The notes below the pieces were generated by a model, which searched no databases, was not told the DNA's origin, and saw only the letters and a list, made by a program, of their open reading frames with translations. The position numbers were made by a program, and so were the translations under genes. A DNA stretch of 64,000 nt from Dudresnaya verticillata. Its lineage: Eukaryota. Location of the stretch: contig OZ374561.1 in NCBI GenBank assembly GCA_977862235.1, positions 496,001-560,000 of the forward strand. The letters run 5' to 3'. Of the stretch, positions 12,901 to 22,221 are shown piece after piece. Numbering within the stretch: position 1 is the stretch's first letter; each line of letters starts with the position of its first letter.

Positions 12901-13225
12901 GGCAACGCAAATTCGAAGAGCAGACCCAGTCCCTCTGCGACAGGCACAAGTAAGCGCAGCGGACGATTCCGGCACCGGGATGCCAGCAAGCGGAACAGTC
13001 CACAGCGCTGGGCAAGTTTATCTGAAACGCTTGCACGAGATTCAGCTCCGGTACGGGCTTCAAACCGGGTCTCGATCATTGAATGAAGGAGCAGGGACAC
13101 GTGCAGTTGAAAAGGAAAACGGCGCAATGCAGAAAGTTTCGGTAGATGATGCACGAGATAAGGCATCTTCTCTGCGGGAGCGAATGGCACGGATACGAGA
13201 GTTACAGGGCTTGTCGAAAGAGTGA
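6989..13225 (+). CDS. MOR1: XMAP215/ch-TOG/MOR1 family microtubule polymerase (multiple TOG domains), ~2078 aa, intronless
   Basis: N-terminus LPLPDRVAHKNWKVR, repeated TOG signatures (SKKWSARKQAL, NSNWKKRQDAL, DSNVNVV, LKEKNR), basic linker, conserved C-terminal region. First ATG at 6989. Confidence 0.93.
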   Translation: MEQTSDPVAEFAKLPLPDRVAHKNWKVREAAYRELTDKLKFAEEDARIYSDFFPTLGKIVRDANAPAQLAGFDAVAKYADTAPAPLVRRAAADLTKGIVDKGLSGRPANKAKAVEAFLMLVGADCGDIVADVMASHAFKHRTPKVVAAAVDALTTAIDTYGAGAVAVKPIATKLPPLFGHSQEMVRNAAKALAIELHRWVGDSIKVVVKSAKEVTIKEVEAAFAKHAGKGKPQPKKLTRSMEQRVRERGAGGDDVDSDDGFGDGGPEEEELDLAEEINLLEKLAKVKIEVEEGVMKDWYTAVDSKKWSARKQALDTAVNVIGEARLTPASHQEVFSRLRKILAKDSNVNVVASAAKLVRAMCGGLKKQFPHGAAKALTVDLFGRLKEKNRVVVDTVSGALDALHSKKCIRVFEMLEEISTAAKHKVPKARCELLSWLGRCVREGTSGADLKGPPLKCFGLLFLKATDDSAPEVRDAGLGGLASLEKVVGERNVAIYLEKLDKKRKDKVAAIVAELPEPRKVAASKPKPSSSPKPKPVAKPKAKTKTSTAGRAPAKGKKGASPAKRPKAAKPVRPVIEESDDEGEISHSPEDALDLAAERFEGFEKDQWRAKSFKARVAIVGLVNDGLRETGVFSKQDVSLALGLLSCAPGLADSNFMALKPKLELFGMVASRCSNPPPRKSLRPLLRNSVEKLGDIKSAKMAGEIMMSFAEATSPRYFFEILAEAILETNNGRAVIAMLKFAGKIVEDFGMSSVPEKSLTKVAVANIGNATPAARTAALALACKAASRLKEGQFRKLMENCDASEEVLELFDGEIQKYGREPDPPTRKKRFGPLAASAVSNQVSETPTDANDSEQEPAPVVRAQGGETLLAKGVDRFANAEEPPVIEAQVDRPRVRVSIAEHFMPGARIFLELKNSNWKKRQDALAAINKVMEDAHDFIKPDLGTEIMIAIRARLSDSNRNLATAAYEVVGRLIRALGPDGAVALKLLAPAVMGHGCVDIKKTVREAATKVLWSWFDVLGLSPLVPFCNLPLASLNSGFRKEFLEWLVPRLQGGVGSFDASAEDLHPLVDPILVCLRDRTAEVRHLADQVLEQVIRSVGIGALDAKLANMTKSARHQIEPILEKHRSGPQANSGSEVQGGKFSSVSTPRAGRDRPRSMAVPRTPGARRGVFSGDDPGTPAGAGARRPRPASARVSPMVASGAGFGAAAARLDTNLLLQNDGRDVRARRFMNNRRQFMEELTQVDPSGEIQPMISEDIEDIAADLAECCAPALCLKLTAPANRFRMHVEAIELVSAHLESSPETLMFGADVLLRWAACRIEDSRTPPTVLVKLASFVSNICEILMSSGAKIGEYETSAILPPVVEKCGSNRETIRQAMRTALLALGDVVEDEVMLILLSSCLRYTLTPFAYDEVSVEICRLLDKRCGSGAGMPPGVLSTIGRVAGGEDDSAGRAAAVCLERAHEFFGDDLWNLVGDLSNDQAALLDDRLKGVSGRSMDAASPLRREAHEVLGAVAQEDAVDDSSVVTATEPGLPSDIRNEDFRLSVAPAPPSSVITSISESLNTATPVKTRMETQPDTIPSTPSLPVQSHGGVGSNEDEELASDILLRLQSEDRDLQLSGLASLFDDLKNESVLLRSAGGAQLLLQLVRCFVNTLARLEGNSAVEDDPAVLKSFLKGVIRFAREPQLLRRLDQSAVERLLGDALRAMIPQTVEGVEDWDQVRRGVNLMIVKVLESCDQNLLYTAMINLLLQNLKAIQNPGSDEVSSALARSSICIKSIAKVTKRGFADCRVNALLRDIHLFLMANPVRREGSAASTEDQTFAMRLLKTVVNSIIDEIGSDICLHLDLIPQPDKSQLVQYIDMTLIDLRRANGDSADAAAVALGRRREAESSVESCLQKIERQQDKDSSLRQLRSVLGWCPEVDLGPHLEKYSERTRVFVAEGLRKPRRPSLGETVEDETEVRKLESQVSFLGATQIRRADPVPLRQAQVSAADDSGTGMPASGTVHSAGQVYLKRLHEIQLRYGLQTGSRSLNEGAGTRAVEKENGAMQKVSVDDARDKASSLRERMARIRELQGLSKE

Positions 13226-13398
13226 GAAAGCTCTCGACTCCGCAGCTGCTACACCCAAAATAATAGAAACGTGACAGAAGTGCAAACAGTAAAAGAATTT
13301 ATCAAACACCCCTCGCCCAGAGCATCACATGCTACACCTTTATCGTAGAGCAATCCCGCCAAGATCTGCAATGTTGTCGTATGCTGGTAACCGCAGCA

Positions 13399-13989
13399 CT
13401 ACTTAGATCCTTTCACGGCATTGTCAAGTTGCTTCTTGGCCCACGCGAAAAAGGGTAACGCCATGTCAGGGGAGATGACCTTAGTCGGTTGCTGGTCAAG
13501 CCCAACAGCCGCAACCTTGTATCCAAACTCAAGCTCCTTGGAATATTTCTTGAGCTGTGGGTACATTCGCAACGCGTTCTGCTGGAAGCGCTGTGTGTCC
13601 TTCCCATACACAGTCTGTGCAATACCCTTGTCAAGTGTATTCGCATACATCGAGCGAAGAAACCCACCTTTCATGGCATCGACCAAACCCTTCGAGCGAT
13701 CATCGCCTTGCACTGCACCAAGAGGATACCATAACTTGGCCCGTGGCGTACGCACGAAGATAGCAAATACTGGCGTACCATCCTCCGGCAATGACATCTG
13801 ACTCTGTCGTTGCGGTTGGATCGGCTGACGGAACCGGCTCTTTTTCATATGAATGGTCGCCCTCTGTCGTGTGGTGCTCTTAGCTCGCGTAGAGTGCACC
13901 TGATTGACAGCCTTACCAACGAACGAGGACATGCCTGTCTTGCAGGATGCTGCGGGCGTAACACCCAAGGGACCGACAAATCCCACCAT
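13399..13989 (-). CDS. Plastid-targeted HHL1-like thylakoid protein
   Basis: Transit-peptide-like N-terminus (MVGFVGPLGV...SSFVG); motif FAIFVRT..AKLWYPLGAVQG and YPQLKK...LEFGYK resemble HHL1-like proteins (from recall, not a search). Confidence 0.65.
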   Translation of the reverse strand: MVGFVGPLGVTPAASCKTGMSSFVGKAVNQVHSTRAKSTTRQRATIHMKKSRFRQPIQPQRQSQMSLPEDGTPVFAIFVRTPRAKLWYPLGAVQGDDRSKGLVDAMKGGFLRSMYANTLDKGIAQTVYGKDTQRFQQNALRMYPQLKKYSKELEFGYKVAAVGLDQQPTKVISPDMALPFFAWAKKQLDNAVKGSK

Positions 13990-15451
13990 AGTTGCAAGTC
14001 TTAACACGCAGCAAAGGAGTCAAAAACCCAGCGGCCGCCGATTGTGAGTGACACCAAAATCCTGGTAGAACCCGGACTACCGATAGCACACTTTGATGAT
14101 AAGGACTCCGTTCACAGCTGGACCCAGGCGCGTTTCACACCTTCCCGATTTCCAGTTCTGTGCTATGCGGAAGGCAGCCGATAGCAGGGAAATGTTTGGG
14201 TGGGCCGTCACAACACGGCGAGATGAGCTGAACCTGCACAGTCTTGAAGCGCCGCAACGCTTCGAATAAATGGTGCTTAGACAGCTCTTTCGAGCCAAGT
14301 GGCCCTACCGTGTGAGCTGGGAAGTATCTCAAAAATCTCACGCCTCTTCGCCAGAGCAACAGCCGCTGCCTGAAGGGACAGGCTGTCTTCTACTGCTCAG
14401 CATTATAAACCTTGATGTGGGAAGAACCGTCGAGAAGTTTGGATGCTTGCTGAGAAAAGGAAGCCAGTACATCTACCACCATCAGATGCTACCATCCCAA
14501 AGCGACGGTGGCCATACTTGGGTGATTTGGGACACAATAATAATCTTCCAATAGTGCATCTGAACTCCTTGGCAACCTGAGTTATACTGGACATCCGTGG
14601 ATCTGCCGTGCCTGCATTTTACTATTGGGGTCGTGTGAATCGCTTCCAAAACGAGGGCTGCTGCCTATCTGCATAGCTCACGGATAATGCGCTCTGGAAG
14701 ACTGCTCACAAGAACAGTGATCGTGTCGGAACTTGTAAATGCTTACCTAGAGATGATCTCCTGCGATAAGTTAGTTGCTCATGAACTAGAAGCCGAAAAT
14801 AAGTCGAGGCAATCCATTTCGGATGCCTCCGCTGAACCGGACCGAACGGCAAAGTGAAACGGTGCCGGTGTCGAAGTTGCTGCCTCGCATATCGAGAGGG
14901 ACAAAATCACATTCACAACCAGAAAACATCGCTCTTCCCAAACGCTGCCCCGACCTCTGATGACATGTGTATTTGACGATACCAAAATGCTGTGGTCAGG
15001 AACTGTACAGTGGCAAAACGCGGGACTCGCTCCACATTCAATTCAGAGCTCTGCAGACTGACGATGCCTATTACATCATTGTTCTTGCACTTCTTCCACG
15101 GATACCATCGCATTCTAAGCCTCACTAATGGCATGAGCGCGTGCTGCATGCATCGGAGTACTGTTGTTGCTTCTGTCAAGCCCTGGGAGTGACATCTCAA
15201 AAAAAAAAATCCTTCGCTCAAGATGCCTATCGGCCTTTTTTGGAACTACCAGCGTCTTGTAATATCGGATCTACGCCCCGAATGTAATCGCCAGGAGCGC
15301 ATTTTAGCTCTTCCGCACGAAAACGTTTCTCAACATTATAGACATGAAGGTCAAACACTTGTCTGACCTAGTGTCTTTCGAAGCCTCCGCATATCAGCCT
15401 CAAAGACTGGAAGCCCTGGACCGTGCGACTGGTTGCGAGCCATGTGCTACG

Positions 15452-16861
15452 TCATCGGTTTGTCGACTCTGCATCTTCCATTTTCTCGCTTAGCTCGCTG
15501 ATTAGGTCGATCTCCTTCACCATCAAGTCGAGGAACTTTTCAGGATCTTTCAGTCTGCTTGCATCGCCTGCTGCACCCATGAAGATATTGCCGGCGTATG
15601 AGAAGATCCCCACATCAACAGCCACATGGAAGTCAGGTGGTGGTAAGAAAAACACGGATGGCACATCGACTCCACCAATCTTCAGTCGTTCCCTCGGTCC
15701 AGGTACATTCGAAAATAGAGCCGAAGCCTTCGTCGCCAATCTATGCCACAACTTCCGCCTCAAGGCAGCAGGAAACGCGACGATTGCGTGCATGGCGGTC
15801 ATTGCCATCACTGGTTGATATCCGCGTTTGAGCCTGCACATGTAGTCCTTGCACTGCTCAACTCGTTCCACACGATCTTCCACGCACACAGGGAAGTACA
15901 CCGGAAGCATGACAAGCTGGTTAGAAACGTCGCTCATTTCGAACGAATCAAACACATGCTTGTTGAACGGCATCGCAATACGAAGCTTTCGAAGAGCATC
16001 AGGGTCATCGCCGGCATCCTTAACATAACTCCGCATCGCGCCAGCGCACGCAGCAAACAGCAGGTCATTGATAGTAATGCCCAGCCCGACACTTGCCTTC
16101 TTCAGAGTGGCAACAGTAACATGCTCCGGGGCGCGCAACGCGCAGACGTTTGTATCGGTAACCGATGCACGTGTGAGAACAGAGCTCGGCTCGCTGGAAA
16201 AGACAGACTTATAGAAGATATGAACAATATCACCGGCAGTCTCCGACAGCCATTGCAGCACGCCTCTCCGCGGCTCAAGCTTATCCGGAGACTGTGGCTT
16301 TGACCTTCGCGTCGCAATAAGCAATTGAGCTGGCTCGTGATTGGCGTCCAGGTCGGCAATGTGGGCGAGGAAGTACTTGAGGAGACCGATACCGTCCGAT
16401 AGGGAATGGTGCACGCGCAGTACCACAGTGCTGCAGGGCGCGGCGGCCCGAACTGCAAAATCACGGAAGAGATGGACGCGCCACAAAGGGCGAGCGGTGT
16501 CGAGCGGTGTAGAAACGAGCTGTGAGAGGCGAGTTGTGAAGGCGCGGTGGCGGGACTCCTGCGGGTGGTCCGGCAAGATTGGGGCCTCCTCGACGAGATG
16601 CGGGTCTAGCTGGGGAGAGACCGGGGTGAGGTTGGGGATCGGGGCATAACGAAAGGTGCCGCCGTGGGTGCGGGTGAGCGTGGATGAGAAGCGTGGGTGG
16701 AGCAGCAAGCGCGGGAGAATGGTTTCGCGGATGAACGGGATGTTGACGGACTCGGACAGCGAGAAGATGACGGTGATTATGTCCGGCTTGTCGGGCGTGT
16801 AGGGCTCCAGCATGACCTGCTCGAGCGGGCTCATCGACTGCCAGCCGAGGTCGGAAGACAT
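15452..16861 (-). CDS. Wax ester synthase/diacylglycerol acyltransferase (WS/DGAT) paralogue 1
   Basis: PLDTARPLW, catalytic HHxxxDG (HHSLSDG), TINDLL, C-terminal SNVPGP and FSYAG motifs. ATG 16861. Confidence 0.9.
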   Translation of the reverse strand: MSSDLGWQSMSPLEQVMLEPYTPDKPDIITVIFSLSESVNIPFIRETILPRLLLHPRFSSTLTRTHGGTFRYAPIPNLTPVSPQLDPHLVEEAPILPDHPQESRHRAFTTRLSQLVSTPLDTARPLWRVHLFRDFAVRAAAPCSTVVLRVHHSLSDGIGLLKYFLAHIADLDANHEPAQLLIATRRSKPQSPDKLEPRRGVLQWLSETAGDIVHIFYKSVFSSEPSSVLTRASVTDTNVCALRAPEHVTVATLKKASVGLGITINDLLFAACAGAMRSYVKDAGDDPDALRKLRIAMPFNKHVFDSFEMSDVSNQLVMLPVYFPVCVEDRVERVEQCKDYMCRLKRGYQPVMAMTAMHAIVAFPAALRRKLWHRLATKASALFSNVPGPRERLKIGGVDVPSVFFLPPPDFHVAVDVGIFSYAGNIFMGAAGDASRLKDPEKFLDLMVKEIDLISELSEKMEDAESTNR

Positions 16862-17753
16862 GGCTGCGCGGGTGGGGCCGTGTGGGATGTAGACGGCGCA
16901 CCGCGACGCGGGCGCAGGCACACTTCGTGTCTGCTGCGGGCGGAGGCGTGTGTGTAGCTGTTGGTCGGAACAGGGCAGCGACGTACAGTATCAAGAAGAT
17001 GTGCCGCCGCCCATGTACGCCCATGTATCATACGCGTTGTGCAGCTCGGAGGGCAAAGCTCTGAGGAAGCCGTTGAGAGAAATGATTGGTCGCACAAAGA
17101 TATGGTTGCCAATCATGGATTGAGGCACTTCACTCGTTATGTCCAAGTACATCAGAAGTGCACTCGCCTAGCCGCCTAGTAGGCACTGGAACGTTGCGCT
17201 GTTCAGTTTTTTTCAAGGCTGATGCTCGATGCAGCCGTTGCGCTCAGAATCGCAGCGGGCGCCGGGACGTCAGCGGTAGATTAATTCGCCTCTGAGACCC
17301 AAAGATGTGGTCTTCTTTTTTGATCCCAAAGGTTGCTGACGTCAAAGGGTCCTGATGACCTGACTCATCAGTTCTCAGGACGCACGAGGCGCAGGATAGG
17401 CTTCCCCATCCCCACACTTGCTCCTGCGGCGCAGTAAAATGAACTAAAATACTTGTACCCTTGTTTTCGTCATACCCTCATCCCCGCGTGCCTTTAAGAT
17501 TTCGACATCCCGATCACGTAATCCGGATCACGTGATCAACACGAACTCTCTCTTCTCCGCACTTCTCTTGGCTGTGGAACCCTCCGTTCGGGCCGGGGAT
17601 CATTTTCAACTTATTAGATCCGCGCATCAAACCCGACCCATTCGCTCTCCTCATACGGAAGCCAGGAAGCACCTCCATCCAAGAACGAGCACATCCATCC
17701 CGGTACCCGCACCACCCCGCACGCACCAACAAACCCCGCCAAGACGCGCCGCC

Positions 17754-19676
17754 ATGACCGACTCCTCGCAAGACTCCGTCCCGGCGACGCCCCCGCCACG
17801 CGAGCGCTCGCGCGCAGACGAAGAACAGCCGTGCCGCTTCCCGCTGACGCAGACGCAGCCCGCCCCGCCCACCTCTGTCTCGCCCACGCAGTCTCCGTCG
17901 CGCCGCCGCGCCGCCGCGCCGCCCGCGCCGCCCGACTCGCCGGACCACGTCTCGCCCACACAGCCGCGCGTCCAGCAGCCCCGTCCTCACGCTGCGTCGC
18001 GCCCGGCCCGCGCCCGCCGCTTGGCCCGCTTTGTACTCCCCGCCCTGGATGACGACGTGCGGGCACATACCCCGCTGTCGCTCCGCCGCAGCACGTCGTC
18101 GGACTCCGTATCGCCGACGCAGCAAGGAAGTTATACAGACCGTGCGCAGCGAACGCACGAGCAAAATGGATCACATGGTTCAGTATCGCCTACACAACAA
18201 GTGCGGCGAGCGAGTCGTGCCCCGTTACCTTCAACTGAAACTCAATCTGAGTCCCCCGATTTCGTCCCGCCAACGCAGCAAGAAGACTTTCACACTCCCA
18301 TTCAGCCTCCGCAACCCCTCCGACGCTCACGAAACGTAATCCCACCATTGACAGCATCTGACTTTTCCCAACCTGAGGATCACACGCAGTCGCAAGAAGA
18401 TTTGGAAGATACGGTCGCACCGACTCCCCCGCCACCGCAAAGTTACCCGCACAGTAACCATTTGATGCCGCAATACCAGTCCCCGCCAGCCCTGCCGGGC
18501 CATGATCGCCGACTGGGGCCGCAACTGTCCCCGCCCATTGTGCCGGTTCAGCCAAAGCCACGACAGCAGCACCTGCCTCAGCGAGTAATTCTTGCGACTC
18601 AACCACAGCCCACATCAGTGCTCGCATCTGGTCCCCAAGCAAATGATCCAGCGCCAGTGTCATCATCCGAACCTAGCTCTCCTCGTCCAGCAGACTGTTC
18701 AGATCCCGTTGCCGGAGCGCGAGCCCGTCTCACAGAGCTAGGCATGGAGACTGCCCTTGAAGAGCTCGCCGCTGCTGAGATACACTTGATCCCTCACGCA
18801 GCGCTAGTCCCTTTCGCAGAGACTGTCCTGGACACACTCGACGAGCCGCTTATTTTCACGCCCGTAACAGCACGAGATGGAACTGAACCATCCTCGAAGA
18901 TCCCTAAGGGCCTCCCAGAGCTGTATAGAGCGTTTTGCACCCAGGTGCTTAGCACAAATGTCCCTTCTCTGGATGCGCTCCTAGGGGGTGGATTGCCAAC
19001 GGGCTCGCTTGGTATATTCGAAATAGCAGGTCCAGCCGGTGCTGGCAAGTCACAGTTGGCGATGCAGCTATGCCTAATGGCAGCCGCGCCGGTCGCTTAT
19101 GGTGGGCTAGGGACGCGGGCAGTGCTAATCGGAACGGAGGGGAAGGTTCCATGGAAGCGCATCAGGGGCATTAGCCATGCTCTAGGTAGTCGCTTCAACC
19201 TGCCCCCATTATCCTTAGCCGAGAATGTCGGGATGGACCATTGCAAAACACCGGAGGATCTTCTCGACTTGGCCAACTTTAAGCTCCCGTACATGCTGCG
19301 CACCTCCGGGGCCAAAGTCGTTGTGGTAGATTCTATAGCCGGGCTGTACCGCAACGACTATAACGACGCACTCTCCCGAGCCGAGCCCCTTGCGATGGCG
19401 GCTGCGTTGCTAAAGCGAGCCGTAGCAATGGTCGGTGGAATTTGCATCTGTGTTAATCAGGTTAGCCAGGCACCTGACCCTTTCACCGGTGAGCTTAGTC
19501 ACACAGTTCCAGCACTCGGGGAAGTTTGGGGACACTGCGTTGAAACGCGGCTATTTCTGAAGCGAGCTAGGAACGGAAGCAGGTTCGCTTCCGTGCACCA
19601 TTCCAGCTTCTTGCCCAAGACCGTTGGCCCCGGTGCAGAGTTCGCCATCACGGAGGTAGGTGTTGTTGAGGCTTAG
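17754..19676 (+). CDS. XRCC3: RAD51 paralogue, XRCC3-like, with long disordered N-terminal extension
   Basis: LDALLGGG, Walker A GPAGAGKSQ, GGLG..AV.I.TEG, Walker B VVVVDS, NQV, PALG..W...V.TRLFL. First ATG 17754. Paralogue assignment is from motif recall. Confidence 0.75.
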   Translation: MTDSSQDSVPATPPPRERSRADEEQPCRFPLTQTQPAPPTSVSPTQSPSRRRAAAPPAPPDSPDHVSPTQPRVQQPRPHAASRPARARRLARFVLPALDDDVRAHTPLSLRRSTSSDSVSPTQQGSYTDRAQRTHEQNGSHGSVSPTQQVRRASRAPLPSTETQSESPDFVPPTQQEDFHTPIQPPQPLRRSRNVIPPLTASDFSQPEDHTQSQEDLEDTVAPTPPPPQSYPHSNHLMPQYQSPPALPGHDRRLGPQLSPPIVPVQPKPRQQHLPQRVILATQPQPTSVLASGPQANDPAPVSSSEPSSPRPADCSDPVAGARARLTELGMETALEELAAAEIHLIPHAALVPFAETVLDTLDEPLIFTPVTARDGTEPSSKIPKGLPELYRAFCTQVLSTNVPSLDALLGGGLPTGSLGIFEIAGPAGAGKSQLAMQLCLMAAAPVAYGGLGTRAVLIGTEGKVPWKRIRGISHALGSRFNLPPLSLAENVGMDHCKTPEDLLDLANFKLPYMLRTSGAKVVVVDSIAGLYRNDYNDALSRAEPLAMAAALLKRAVAMVGGICICVNQVSQAPDPFTGELSHTVPALGEVWGHCVETRLFLKRARNGSRFASVHHSSFLPKTVGPGAEFAITEVGVVEA

Positions 19677-22221
19677 GGAGTCGCGACATGAGGAGCGGAT
19701 CCCTCTTCGTGAGATTATGGGGCATTAGTCGATAGTGCATGTCGGCGTTGTGCCCCATCAGCTGAAAGTAGACCCTGTCCACCTCGTCAGCGTCAGAGTA
19801 CGCACCTGAAGTTTCTCTCAGGAACTGAGCATGCGCAAAATACTGCTTACCTGCCCATCGGTCGGCCTACGAGGTCTCTCTCGGTATGGCTAGAAGTGGC
19901 GATTTCCAGTCGTGCTCTTTCCTTTGTACTCACAGCGCATCCGGATATCCTGCAACCCCATTGGATGCCGCCTTAAAGGCCGTGGGGCTGCAGACACATG
20001 GTGCGATATCATTTGCTGCATATAAGTGCTCCGTGATGGTCCAGCATAATGCCAACGATTGTGATCGAGATGGTCCGCGTTTCTTCGTTGAGCTTTTCTA
20101 TAAGCAAAGTCCGTACTCAGACAGTCGACAAAGGCCATAAAAGTGGCGCCCTTTATACTAGTAACACAATGTAAACGCTATTCTCTTCCTTTTGGTATAG
20201 TAACCTTTAAACTAAAGATCTCCACAGTGTGGTGCAGTAGGTCCTGGTGGCAGAAGCCCCTCTGAAATGCAGCAGGGAAAGAGGATCTACCAAGTACCGA
20301 ATTGCGCCCAACTTGTGTAGACTACAAATCGCACATATGAGGCCTCTGTGTCCACTTTTATAAGGCCTGGAAGAAACCTCACGAGTCTCACTCTACGACA
20401 CTCTTTTCTCGATGCTTGTTTGAAACAGAATGCTAATAGACAGACGAGCCGAAAGAAAAGACCTGATGGGCTTTATTTTGGCTTTCTCGGAAATTCTGAA
20501 GTCCACCAAAGCTTAATACTACCGTGAATCCTTGATAATGGAATACTTCTTATCGATAATGGCTGCGGCCAAAGAATGCGAAGCCCATCCACCGATCCGG
20601 TCGGTTCCTTCTTCTAATCAGCCGGAGTGTTAGACATGCAAAGAAATTCGGGCTGGGAATAAAAGCGCCGAAGGTAACGCACCGTGGCCCGCAAAAAAAG
20701 ATGACCTATGAGACACACATTCCTCGACTCCAAGGATGTTCCGATGCTGATAGAGCATGGCGCCCTCCAAAGCAACCACCAAACCTGTGCGCGGATAGCG
20801 CCAGTAACTGCGGTGAGGATTTTGGAGTAATATGGAGACGCTGAGGACGCCATTAAAGAGAACAACGCGCTGCAGGAAAGCTTTGTCAACTAGCGAGAAG
20901 GTGAAGTGCAGCTCTGTTGTTTAATGTCTACGAAGGCTCCCGTTCATCGGCCCATGTTACATTAAGCCGAGTTTGACAGTCTCTGAAGCCCTAGGGGACT
21001 TAGCATATCCCCAAAACAATGGTGGAGCATTTCATTAGTTCGCAATCCAGCCCTCTCAGTGTTTTGAAAGACTGTGCCAGTGCGTGCTCGATATGTTCCA
21101 ATGACGTAAGGGATTATGAACCCGTCCACATTGGTTATTCTTATATCGAGGATTTTCTGTACTCAGCAATGCAGCTTTTTAGGTTAGACAAGTTTGATGA
21201 AGTCTGCACGAAGGGCCAGGCCCTGTGTTTGCACCTGGATTAATGCTAACGGCATACCACGGCAATACAGTCTAATCGCGCACGGGGCATTTCTCTTCTT
21301 CGCGTTAATGTATTGATACCCTACTACAAGTGCCCCAGCTCCAAAATATTCTGAGAATTGGAGAAAGGCAAGGAGGGAAAAACTCGGGGTGAGATTGAGG
21401 GCCATGTTCGGACCATGGTGCAATAGGATGCCTTTTCACGAAGCACTAATCGCCATAAACTCCATCATGAAGAGCACAGAGTAGTAATGCTGTGCCGAGA
21501 GATACAGCGCGAATGGAGATGTGAGCCACAACGGAAGCGGGAAAGGCAGAAGACTTCACGGCATGAGCATCATGCGCCAAACTGCTGAGGTTGGTATCAT
21601 AAAAATAAGACTCGCCTGCTTGGTTCCTGACGTCATATCGAGTGGCGAATGCCTTTAACTTACACGTGGCCACTCACATGCCGACAAATGCCGACGACCA
21701 CTTGCAGCTCAGGAGGACCGCCTCACACTTTGATATCTCCTGGTGTTCGGTCAGGAGTATGAGACAAGGAGCAATCAATCCCACATTTGGCAAATACACT
21801 ATCGACTGAACATTACCATGCTGTCACACATGCTCTTGCTAAGCATCTACCGCGGCTTGCGCACAGCTCTGTCCTCGTCCGCCACCGCCCTATAGTTATG
21901 GTACGCGCATACTGCGCTTGATAAGCACATCCGTCATTTTCTCGTGGCCCAAACCCGGCAATACCGATGAAGCCGGCTCCGGGCTCTTGAAATACCCGTG
22001 GCCACGGCTCCCATGCTCCTAGGCGCCCTCGTAACCAAGCGCAACCGGCTCGACGAGCGTGCACTTGTTCTGGCAACTCCCAATTCCCCCGCACCAAACC
22101 CATATTCGCTTCGAACAGGTGCTCTGCTCTGCACTCGCGCCTTCCCCTCGCACCCTTTCAACTTCCAAGCCACTTGAGCTGCGCGTCTGGACAACACAGG
22201 AACCTTAAGCATTTCTCCAAT

